A stretch of DNA of 62,009 nt, taken from assembly GCA_023261845.1 (NCBI GenBank), contig JALNJZ010000007.1, forward strand, positions 1-62,009, read 5' to 3'. This DNA is from Candidatus Terraquivivens tengchongensis. GTDB taxonomy: Archaea > Thermoproteota > Nitrososphaeria_A > Caldarchaeales > Wolframiiraptoraceae. A model generated the notes under the pieces. That model did not search any database. It was given only the letters and a program-made list of their open reading frames with translations, and was not told the DNA's origin. This document shows positions 49,540-58,087 of the stretch, in pieces; the first letter of the stretch is position 1; the number at the start of each line of letters is the position of its first letter. The translations under genes and the position numbers were made by a program.

Positions 49540-50025
49540 GTGGTTTGTATGGATGAGCAGGAAACTTTACGGGTGAGCAAGATAAAGAATGGAACGGTTA
49601 TAGATCACATACCTGCAGGCAGAGCCTTAGTGGTCCTAAGGTTGCTAGGAATAACTGGAAGCGAAGGGCACGTCGTAACAGTCACGATGAACGTCAGGAG
49701 TGGAAAGCTAGGCAGGAAGGACCTCGTGAAGGTCGAGGATTTAGAGCTTGTGACCGAGCAGGTTAACAAGCTGACGCTGATAGCGCCTACTGCCACGATA
49801 AACATAATACGGAATTACGAGGTTGTTGAAAAAAGAGCGGTCAAGCTACCGGATAGGATAGTCGGCATCCTTAGGTGTACAAACCCGGGTTGCATAACGA
49901 GACAGCCGATGGAGCACGTGAACTCCAAATTTGTCGTAGTCTCAAAGAGTCCTCTAAGGCTCGAGTGCGAGTACTGCGGTAGATACCTTGAAGAGGAAGA
50001 AGTGCTAAAGCAACTGACGCAATAG
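49540..50025 (+). CDS. pyrI: Aspartate carbamoyltransferase regulatory subunit
   Basis: IKNGTVIDHI, CTNPGC and CEYC. Confidence 0.96.
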   Translation: MVCMDEQETLRVSKIKNGTVIDHIPAGRALVVLRLLGITGSEGHVVTVTMNVRSGKLGRKDLVKVEDLELVTEQVNKLTLIAPTATINIIRNYEVVEKRAVKLPDRIVGILRCTNPGCITRQPMEHVNSKFVVVSKSPLRLECEYCGRYLEEEEVLKQLTQ

Positions 50026-51263
50026 TGAAAGTTATGGCAGACCTAAGGATAGTCGGCAGAGCAGTTGTAGATGGTAGGCTCCTAGACGAAGTTACCGTCG
50101 AGATAGACGGCGAGTTCGTATCTTCTGTGAGTATCGGTGAGAACGGCTCAGGACCTAAGCTGCTACTTGGCAAAGGTCAACTACTTCTACCATCCGCCAC
50201 GGACCTTCACGTCCATCTCAGGGATTGGAACCAAGCTTACAAGGAAGACGTCTTCACGGGAACGTCCGCGGCTGCCGCTGGCGGTGTCACGACGGTTGCG
50301 GAGATGCCCAACACTTCACCACCGATAAGGAGTCCCGAGGCTCTTAAAGAAAGGCTCAGGCTACTGGCGGCACGCGCCATTGTGGACTACTCGGTTCATG
50401 TAGGACCGCTCGAAAAGGTTGAGGATGCCAATAGGGCATTGGAATTAGGAGCATGTGGTATGAAACTCTACCCTGCAGACTTGGAAAAAATCGAAGATTA
50501 TCTCAAAGTCTCAAGGGAGAGTGGTATGAGACTCGTCGTCCATGCGGAGTTGAAAGGGGGCGACGAGGTGGAGGCAGTAAGGATGCTATTGTCGCACATA
50601 AAAGTTGGCGATGTTGTAAGGTTCGCACATATCTCAAGGGCCGAGTCTCTGAAAATGATAGAACTCGCGAGGAAAGAACTCGATGCGAGGATAACAGTAG
50701 AAGCAACGCCTCACCACCTCCTCTTATCTTATGATGAACTTGACGAGAATGCAAGAAAAATATCGGCGGTGAGACCACCGCTCGCCTCCATTGCCGATAA
50801 ACAGTACATCTTTTCAGGCTTAGAGAGGTGTTCAGTGGATTTCATAGCATCCGACCATGCTCCGCATGCTTTGGAGGAGAAGTTGTCCGAACAGCCAGCA
50901 CCAGGCTTTCCTGGACTAGAGATAACATACCCTCTGATGTTGACCGAATGTCTTGAGGGTAGGCTCGGCATATCAACACTCATCAAAAAGCTCTGCAAAT
51001 CTCCGGCAGAGTACCTAGGCATACCTAAAGGAGACATCAGGAGAGGCTTCTATGCGGACCTCGTCGTCTTTGACACGAATGTGCGATGGAGTGTGAGCGC
51101 CAAGAGTTTCTTAAGTAAGGCGAAGTACACACCGTTTGAGGGTAGAAGGTTCTCCGTAAGGGTTGCATCGGTCTTCAGGAGGGGTGAGCTGATATACGAT
51201 GGCGAACTCCTAGTGAAAGGTGGTGGAGCACATGTCCGCGATCTGAGACAAAAGCGCGGATAA
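50025..51263 (+). CDS. pyrC: Dihydroorotase
   Basis: DLHVHLR, MPNT, HAE, PHHL and SDHAPH; in the pyr operon. Confidence 0.9.
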   Translation: MKVMADLRIVGRAVVDGRLLDEVTVEIDGEFVSSVSIGENGSGPKLLLGKGQLLLPSATDLHVHLRDWNQAYKEDVFTGTSAAAAGGVTTVAEMPNTSPPIRSPEALKERLRLLAARAIVDYSVHVGPLEKVEDANRALELGACGMKLYPADLEKIEDYLKVSRESGMRLVVHAELKGGDEVEAVRMLLSHIKVGDVVRFAHISRAESLKMIELARKELDARITVEATPHHLLLSYDELDENARKISAVRPPLASIADKQYIFSGLERCSVDFIASDHAPHALEEKLSEQPAPGFPGLEITYPLMLTECLEGRLGISTLIKKLCKSPAEYLGIPKGDIRRGFYADLVVFDTNVRWSVSAKSFLSKAKYTPFEGRRFSVRVASVFRRGELIYDGELLVKGGGAHVRDLRQKRG

Positions 51264-51297
51264 AGCTTTATCCGTGACCTTGCTTGAAGATTCTGAT

Positions 51298-51352
51298 GGC
51301 TATGATGAAGCCCTAATGGTTGAGCTGTGATATCCTCTGGGGTATCTGAGCC
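51298..51352 (+). ncRNA. C/D box guide sRNA (1)
   Basis: C box ATGATGA 51302-51308, D' TTGA, degenerate C', D box CTGA 51346-51349, GGC/GCC terminal stem. Confidence 0.8.
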
Positions 51353-51414
51353 AATCGATGGAAGAGGATTAAAGACAAGGAAGCCTTATAAAGCGTGCAT
51401 GCATTTAGGAATTT

Positions 51415-51475
51415 CGGTGATGATGAGAGAACGTCGCGGCTTATTGCATGTTTGCTAGGAGCGGGGTCTGAGCCG
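51415..51475 (+). ncRNA. C/D box guide sRNA (2)
   Basis: C box ATGATGA 51420-51426, D box CTGA 51468-51471, CGGT/GCCG terminal stem, TTATAAA TATA box about 25-30 nt upstream. Confidence 0.75.
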
Positions 51476-51571
51476 CAGTGATGTTTTTGTAAATTTACAT
51501 TAATACCTTAATGGCACTAAGCTTAAAGTCATATTCAGCGGAAATGAAAAATGCAAAAATACTCTTTGCAC

Positions 51572-52273
51572 CTATTCGATTTCTATATTATATGGGCCTA
51601 TTATCAGCTTGTGCCATCTAGTGTCTATTTCTGCGAGATCAAAATGAGCAATCCTTATGTATCTCTCGATTCCATTTGGCCCATCAACGATTTTATACTC
51701 CACTATGCCGTCGAATATCGACCTAAGGTAGTTTTCCAACCTTTTGTTAATTATCCCTTGGTCTAGAGCGAATGCACCTACGCACGTATCTCTTATCCTA
51801 GGCACTGTTATGTTGAGAAACTTCATAGCATTCTTATATCCATAAGTTATGAATAGGTCGGATAGACTGTCCACATAAACGAACTCCATGGGCTTTGTTC
51901 TGAGCTCGTTGAGCATAACGCTAAACTCCACTGGGTCTAGGCTCTTCAACTTTAATATCTTGGACTCATACTCGCCATATGTTGGTAGAGTGCCTGTTTT
52001 TAGAGAGTAGTAATCGATAAGTATAAGATGGTCGTTTTTGAGATAGGGCTCGACGTCCATGTTCCTTTTCTTCATCAACCACATAAACATCTTCGGCGAG
52101 TGCTTAACACAAACATAGACACATGTAAAACCATCTTTCAACCTTTCGTATAACAGATATTTTAGGAAAATAGTCTTTCCGCTACCCACCGGGCCTATAT
52201 GGAGGAAAGCAGCGTTTGGGTAGTCTTCAAGTATGAGCTTCTTGACGATGTCAAGTCTTTTATGTAACGTCAA
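51572..52273 (-). CDS. RAD55/KaiC-like RecA-superfamily ATPase
   Basis: Walker A GPVGSGKT, Walker B VYVDSLS, FDGIVE motif. Confidence 0.8.
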   Translation of the reverse strand: MTLHKRLDIVKKLILEDYPNAAFLHIGPVGSGKTIFLKYLLYERLKDGFTCVYVCVKHSPKMFMWLMKKRNMDVEPYLKNDHLILIDYYSLKTGTLPTYGEYESKILKLKSLDPVEFSVMLNELRTKPMEFVYVDSLSDLFITYGYKNAMKFLNITVPRIRDTCVGAFALDQGIINKRLENYLRSIFDGIVEYKIVDGPNGIERYIRIAHFDLAEIDTRWHKLIIGPYNIEIE

Positions 52274-52368
52274 CTAAACCCCCACCTAATCTTTAGGTTT
52301 AATATATTGCTATTTTACACCATAACTTAAACATACGGAACCCAATATGCCTAGAATTGACTAAAAAA

Positions 52369-53642
52369 TTACAAAAAAGCAAGGTATGCCGCAACGTTGA
52401 CGAGCGTTATAAGGAGACCGACCCTTAAAAACTCGAAGAAAGATATCGTTGCGTTCATCCTAGACTCCAGCGCCTCTATGATGACTATGTTCGATGCTGC
52501 ACCAAGTATTGTTAGGTTACCAGCAACCGTTGAGAACGCTGCTAATGCGAGCCATACATTAACATCCGCTCCGGTATAGCCAAGATTTTGCATATGCATT
52601 ATGAAGAGCTTAGTGAAGGGGACGTTGCTGATCAATTGACTCATAGCGACGGATATCATCGCAATAACCAGATAAGCCATGGCACCTTCTTGCTTAGAAT
52701 TCATGATGAACTCTAAAGGTGTCAGTACGCCGCTCCTCCAAATGCCCTCCGTAGTTATGAACATTGCAATGAAGAAGATTATCGTTCCCCAATCAACGTT
52801 CGAGATCAACTTCCTTGGGTTTCTCGAGAACGCGTATGTTCCTGCTGCTATTATGAATGGGATGAACCCCTCCTAGTTACATGGGGAAGCCCACTCAGCT
52901 CAAACAAGTCATTCACTGTAAGCACAACTATCGATGTTGTTAAACCTAGGGCAGCTAAAAGGGCATCCCTCCTGTCTTTTATCGTTTCCTGCGGAATTAG
53001 TCCAACCTCGATTTTTTCATTCTTAACCTTAAAGATTTTAAGAAGTATTAGCGGCACGATGATTAGGTTTAACAGCGTCGGTGCGGATAACTTAAAGACA
53101 AAAGTTATGAATGGCGCCTGTATACCAGAGTTCTCCGCCACCAGCATGTTTTGAGGGTTTCCGATTGGTGTCATGACGGAGCCTATTGTTATCGAGAATG
53201 CCAGAAGTAAGAACATCATGTTTGGGCTTGCCCTTGCGATCTTCGATATCGTATACGCTATGGGCGGGCCTATCAGGGCTACAGTGTCGTTCATGGCAAA
53301 CGCTGCCAAGAGGCCAAAAAGTATGGAAGACGCTAAAACTAGATCACGGCTCCTTTTGAACCTCGATATGAACCATACAGAGACCATCTCCAGTAAACCG
53401 GAGGATTCTGCCAGCCCGACTAAGCTGAACATTCCTATCAAAAACAGCACAACGTCGATATCTATCACGTATCCCATCTCTTCCAGTCCAACGAGGCCTG
53501 ACATCACGGTTACGAATGCAGCAAGCGCCATTATACTCCATACAGGTATCCTGTAACCTCTCTTACTCCTAAGTATGAGGGATACTATTAGAAAAGCCAG
53601 TATTCCGAGGCCGATGTAGGTCCTGTAGTCCAGCATGTCCAT
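52369..53642 (-). pseudogene. ArsB/NhaD (CitM-like) anion permease split by a frameshift near 52870
   Basis: The N part has MNDT and TPIGNPQN; the C part has VDW, SNVP and GNLTILGAASN. The -1 frame reads through as GFIPFIIAAGTYAFSRNPRKLISNVDW. Confidence 0.75.
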
Positions 53643-53707
53643 CGCATTCTTTGCAGCTGCCGAACATTTCTGAAATTTTTATACCTTGATTCGATTTTTA
53701 CATAACA

Positions 53708-54601
53708 ATGAAGAAAACCCCATATGCATCAAAACTTAAATCCAGCAAAAATTCAACGAAAGCCGTGAAGACCAAAAGCGACACAGTACTCGTGATAGGG
53801 CTTGGTGAGGTTGGAAGGCCGCTTTACGAGATACTGTCCGAGAAGTTCTCAAACGTATACGGCTACGACCTAGACAGCAACAAGACCATCAACAGCATAG
53901 ACGATGTTAAGCCTCCAGTCGACATACTCCACATAGCTTACCCGTTCAAGGAGCTCAATCAGTTCTTAGATACCGTGTTAAGCTACATTACCATGCTAAA
54001 CCCATCCCTGGTAATAATCCACTCAACGGTTGCGCTCGGAACGACCAGAGCATTGCAGTCGAGAACAAGTTCGAAAGTTGCCTACTCGCCGGTAAGGGGC
54101 AAGCACCCTCTGATGAAAGACCACATGGCTTTCTGGACGAAGTGGGTCGCTGCGGTTAATCATGCCGCCTTAAACCATGCAAAGGAGCACCTAGAGCGTG
54201 CAGGGTTTAGGGTAAGGGTATCGCAAGAGCCAGAGTCTCTTGAGCTGGCGAAATTGTGGGAGACGGTGTATAGGGCCATCATGATAGCGTCATGGCATGA
54301 AGCGCACCGCATAGCGATGAGGTTCGGAGCGGACTTAGACACCGTTGCAGAGTTTGTGTCCGAGGTGCATGAAGTTCTGAAGGATAGGCCGATATATTAC
54401 CCGGACGTGATCGGCGGCCACTGCCTGATCCAGAATACGGAGATACTCTTCAAGCAGACGGGCTCGAGGTTGCTGGAGCTTGTTCTGGAATCCAACAGAA
54501 AAAGGGCTGAAGAGATAAAGGATGAGAGGGTACTCGGGGACATAGGGAAGCTTAAGAGGATATGGTTAAGGCATGCCCCGAAGTCCTACTACAGGCTATA
54601 G
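53708..54601 (+). CDS. Short UDP-glucose/GDP-mannose dehydrogenase-family protein
   Basis: GLGEVG, IHSTV, ELAKL and GGHC (catalytic Cys). Confidence 0.8.
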   Translation: MKKTPYASKLKSSKNSTKAVKTKSDTVLVIGLGEVGRPLYEILSEKFSNVYGYDLDSNKTINSIDDVKPPVDILHIAYPFKELNQFLDTVLSYITMLNPSLVIIHSTVALGTTRALQSRTSSKVAYSPVRGKHPLMKDHMAFWTKWVAAVNHAALNHAKEHLERAGFRVRVSQEPESLELAKLWETVYRAIMIASWHEAHRIAMRFGADLDTVAEFVSEVHEVLKDRPIYYPDVIGGHCLIQNTEILFKQTGSRLLELVLESNRKRAEEIKDERVLGDIGKLKRIWLRHAPKSYYRL

Positions 54602-54604
54602 TTT

Positions 54605-54661
54605 GGGGTCAGAACTTAAGACCCATCTCATCCGTTCGTATTTCCCGAGCTCATCATCCCC
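54605..54661 (-). ncRNA. C/D box guide sRNA (3)
   Basis: Minus strand reads GGGG-ATGATGA-GCTCGGGAAATA-CGAA-CGG-ATGAGA-TGGGTCTTAAGTT-CTGA-CCCC. Confidence 0.82.
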
Positions 54662-54664
54662 GCG

Positions 54665-54719
54665 GCTAATTAGTTCAGCACCACAGGAAAAATTTTTCCA
54701 GCATGCTGAACTAATTGGC
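54665..54719. repeat. 16-bp inverted repeat enclosing a 14-bp palindrome
   Basis: GCTAATTAGTTCAGCA ... GGAAAAATTTTTCC ... TGCTGAACTAATTGGC. Confidence 0.85.
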
Positions 54720-54752
54720 GGTGTACAAGCGTACCATGGGCCGATGGGTGCA

Positions 54753-55967
54753 TTAACCCTTTGAGCCGCTTAGGCTCTCCAGCTCGCCCTCCCACATCTT
54801 TTCGAAGATCCTTTTTGCATCCTCATAATTGACCTCGCGGGGGTTATTGACGAGCAGACGCTGATACTTCGATACAAGGATGTCCGCCAACTTCGGTATA
54901 GCATCCTTGGGAATGCCTACCTCCCTTAAGCTGAGCGGAAGCTCGACCTCCCTCATTAGGTCCACTACGGCCCTGACAGCCATCCTTGCGGCCTTTACAT
55001 CATCAAGACCTCCGACGTTTATCCCGAGATAAAACGCGATATCCTTCAACTCCTCAACACGCTCCTGCAGGTTATACTCCATTACGTAAGGTAGGGCGAT
55101 GCTACAACCGAGGCCATGCGGTACATGGAAGAGTGTGCTGAGCGCATACGATAATCCATGACCTAGGATGACGCTAGAGTTTGCAAAGGATGCTCCGGCA
55201 AGTGTCGCGGCTATTGCCATCCTGTACCTTGCGTTTACATCCCTGCCGTTCCTGTATGCGGCCTCGAGACCTTCGGATATCAGCTTTACGCTGCCCTTGG
55301 CAAGTGTCGAGGATATGATGTTCGACCTCTTCGAAAGTGTGCTCTCGATCGCGTGGCTCAGCGCGTCCATGCCCGTAATCGCCGTGAGCTTGGGAGGCAT
55401 CGTTAAGGTCATCATCGGGTCCACGATCGCCACCTCCGCTATCATCCATCTACTGAAGATCACTTTCTTGACGTCGCTCACAGATATAACCGACCCCTTT
55501 GTAGCCTCGCTACCAGAACCCGAAGTCGTAGGTATCAATATCAGAGGAAGGCCGGGCCGCTTGACGAGCTCATCTCCAAAATACTCTTCGACGTCACCAT
55601 CGTTTGTGGCCATGACAGTAGCAACCTTCGCCATGTCTAGACAGCTACCACCGCCTACGCCGACCACTACATCATAGCTCCTCTCCCTTGACGCTTTTGC
55701 TACAGACCTTGCGTTCTCTAGGTCAGGTTCCATTTTTACACCATTGAATACATAAAACTCCACATCCTCAGCGAGCAGGACGTCCGTTACTTTGCTAACT
55801 AAACCTGCTTTCTGGACACCCTCATCCGTTACTATAAGCACCCTGTTACCGAATTTTTTTACTTCCTTACCAATTTGCTTTACGGAGTCGGGTCCGAAGA
55901 CCAGCTTTCTTGGCATCGAAACGTATTCGTGCACATCCTCAAAGTACGAAGGAATCTTTCTTTCCAT
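54753..55967 (-). CDS. Iron-containing alcohol dehydrogenase
   Basis: GGGSCLD, PTTSGSGSE, DALSHAIE, HGL and HG motifs. Confidence 0.9.
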   Translation of the reverse strand: MERKIPSYFEDVHEYVSMPRKLVFGPDSVKQIGKEVKKFGNRVLIVTDEGVQKAGLVSKVTDVLLAEDVEFYVFNGVKMEPDLENARSVAKASRERSYDVVVGVGGGSCLDMAKVATVMATNDGDVEEYFGDELVKRPGLPLILIPTTSGSGSEATKGSVISVSDVKKVIFSRWMIAEVAIVDPMMTLTMPPKLTAITGMDALSHAIESTLSKRSNIISSTLAKGSVKLISEGLEAAYRNGRDVNARYRMAIAATLAGASFANSSVILGHGLSYALSTLFHVPHGLGCSIALPYVMEYNLQERVEELKDIAFYLGINVGGLDDVKAARMAVRAVVDLMREVELPLSLREVGIPKDAIPKLADILVSKYQRLLVNNPREVNYEDAKRIFEKMWEGELESLSGSKG

Positions 55968-56036
55968 GAGAATGAGAATTTTCTACTCCATATAAAAAGC
56001 TTGTCACTCTGCACACCATGAATTCTGTTAGGTGCC

Positions 56037-57017
56037 TCACTCCTCCCTGTAGTAGGGTTTTGCTAGCGCGGCCGGAGCGCTTATCCTTTTCCTGAAGCTC
56101 TCGACGGAGAGTAAGCTTAGAGTAATCACGGCTATCGCGTATGGGAGCATCAAAACGAACTGGGGAGATGTCGCACCCAATCCAAAGAGCTGCAACCTAT
56201 ACTGGAGAACTTCTATTCCACCAAAGAGCAGAGAGCCGAATATTGCCCTCAACGGGCTCCAAGTAGACAGTATGATCAAGGACAGCGTTATGAAGCCCCT
56301 ACCGCCAGTCATACCTTCTATCCAGAATGGTTGGAATCCGAGCATGAAGTATGCGCCAGCGAGCGCTGAGAACATGCCCGACAAAATACATGTAAGATAC
56401 CTTATCCTGAAGACGTTGATTCCGAGAGCGTCCGCCATTCCTGGGTTCTCACCGACGCTCCTAATCTTCAGACCTGCACTCGTCCTGAATAACAAAAACC
56501 ACATCAAGGGTGCCAGTATGAGCGTTATGTAGACGACGACGTTGTGGTTGAAGAACATCGGACCGACTATCGGTATTTCTTTAAGGAGCGGTATAGGAAC
56601 GGACGGCAACATGGAAACGCTCTGGGTTTCAAGAACGGCGCCCGGAAGTTCTGGATTCAGCGTCTGGAGTATTATCTTCCTAGTGGTCGGGAACGTTATG
56701 AAACCGCTTAGGCCCAAGCCCAGCATCGTGATGGCCAGACCCACGGTTATCTGGTTTAACCTAAGCGACACCGCGAAGAAGGCAAGCAGCAATCCCATCA
56801 GTATGCCAAAAATGCCGGCTACCAAGAAGGCAAGCGCATGTCCCCATGCTATCGTGATTATGAACGATATGGCTGCACCAATAGCCATGATGCCTTCTAA
56901 GCCTAAGTTGAGTATTCCAGACCTTTCTGCGTATATTTCGCCGAGTGAGCCGAGCAAGTATACGACGCCAATGCTTGTTGTACTTGCAAGCACTGGTTCG
57001 ATCCATTCGATGCTCAT
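56037..57017 (-). CDS. Nucleoside/purine ABC transporter permease
   Basis: ERSGILNLGLEG, RSVGENP and GRGF motifs. Confidence 0.9.
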   Translation of the reverse strand: MSIEWIEPVLASTTSIGVVYLLGSLGEIYAERSGILNLGLEGIMAIGAAISFIITIAWGHALAFLVAGIFGILMGLLLAFFAVSLRLNQITVGLAITMLGLGLSGFITFPTTRKIILQTLNPELPGAVLETQSVSMLPSVPIPLLKEIPIVGPMFFNHNVVVYITLILAPLMWFLLFRTSAGLKIRSVGENPGMADALGINVFRIRYLTCILSGMFSALAGAYFMLGFQPFWIEGMTGGRGFITLSLIILSTWSPLRAIFGSLLFGGIEVLQYRLQLFGLGATSPQFVLMLPYAIAVITLSLLSVESFRKRISAPAALAKPYYREE

Positions 57018-57021
57018 GCTT

Positions 57022-58080
57022 TCACCTCTTCAGCACTACTTTGTACCTCATGAAGAACTCTGCCAGCACTATGCAGAGAAAGATCACGGACTGAAAGACT
57101 GTGATGGTTGATGCTGGCAACCTCAATAAGGATTGGAGCGCATCGCCGGCTGTAAGCAAACCCCCGAAGAATATGCCGGCAGGCAGGATGAGCCAAGGGT
57201 TAAGCTGAGCGAGCATAGCCACTATTATGGCAGTGTAACCGTAACCGGGCGATGCCCTCGGTCTTAGTCTTCCTATCATCCCTGACACGACGTAAAAACC
57301 TCCCAAGCCAGCTATGCCGCCGCTGATTAGGGAACCCAATAACGTAGCGCGTCCGACTGACATTCCAGCGTACTTAGCAACTTCGCTACTCTTTCCAAGA
57401 ACACTGAGCACGAAACCTAGCTTCGTGTACTTGAATAACACGTACACTAAAGCAGCAACCGCAACGGATATTGTGATGCCGGCAACGGAAGGATGTCCGC
57501 CAAACGTGAGCGTTGCATAATCAGGAAATGGTATGGAAAGGGCAAAACCCCAACCTTCTGGGTCCCTCCATGGACCATAGACTAAATAATCAACAAACAG
57601 TATGGCTATGTAGTTCAGCATCAAAGTTGTCAGAACCTCATTAACGCCTAGCTTTGCCTTCAGGGACGCTGCTATGAGACACCATGCTCCACCAGCCAAG
57701 AATGAAGCAACACCCATGGCTATGAGCATTAGAGATATAGGTATAGCGTCATAGAAAACGTGCAGGATAACTATACCGGTCGCGGCCACCATTCCAAGAT
57801 ATATCTGCCCCTCGGCACCTATGTTCCAGAAACCCATTCTAAAAGCAACGACTAAACCCAAGGATGACAAGATTATCGGTATGCTCCTGAAAACAGCTTG
57901 GAGAAAAAGGACTGGTGTGATGAAGACGTTACCTATGATCGAATAAAATTGGACGACGTTCACGCCCAAAAAGTAGAATATGAGGCCTGTCACGAAAAAA
58001 GCAAGCAAAAACGATAAGAAGATAACAAGACCGGATGTCTTCCGGCTCGGATATACGCGCCTCTCCAACTTAAACAACAA
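57022..58080 (-). CDS. Nucleoside/purine ABC transporter permease
   Basis: WNIGAEGQ, NEVLTTLMLNY and GYGYTAI motifs. Confidence 0.9.
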   Translation of the reverse strand: MLFKLERRVYPSRKTSGLVIFLSFLLAFFVTGLIFYFLGVNVVQFYSIIGNVFITPVLFLQAVFRSIPIILSSLGLVVAFRMGFWNIGAEGQIYLGMVAATGIVILHVFYDAIPISLMLIAMGVASFLAGGAWCLIAASLKAKLGVNEVLTTLMLNYIAILFVDYLVYGPWRDPEGWGFALSIPFPDYATLTFGGHPSVAGITISVAVAALVYVLFKYTKLGFVLSVLGKSSEVAKYAGMSVGRATLLGSLISGGIAGLGGFYVVSGMIGRLRPRASPGYGYTAIIVAMLAQLNPWLILPAGIFFGGLLTAGDALQSLLRLPASTITVFQSVIFLCIVLAEFFMRYKVVLKR

Positions 58081-58087
58081 TTACCAC

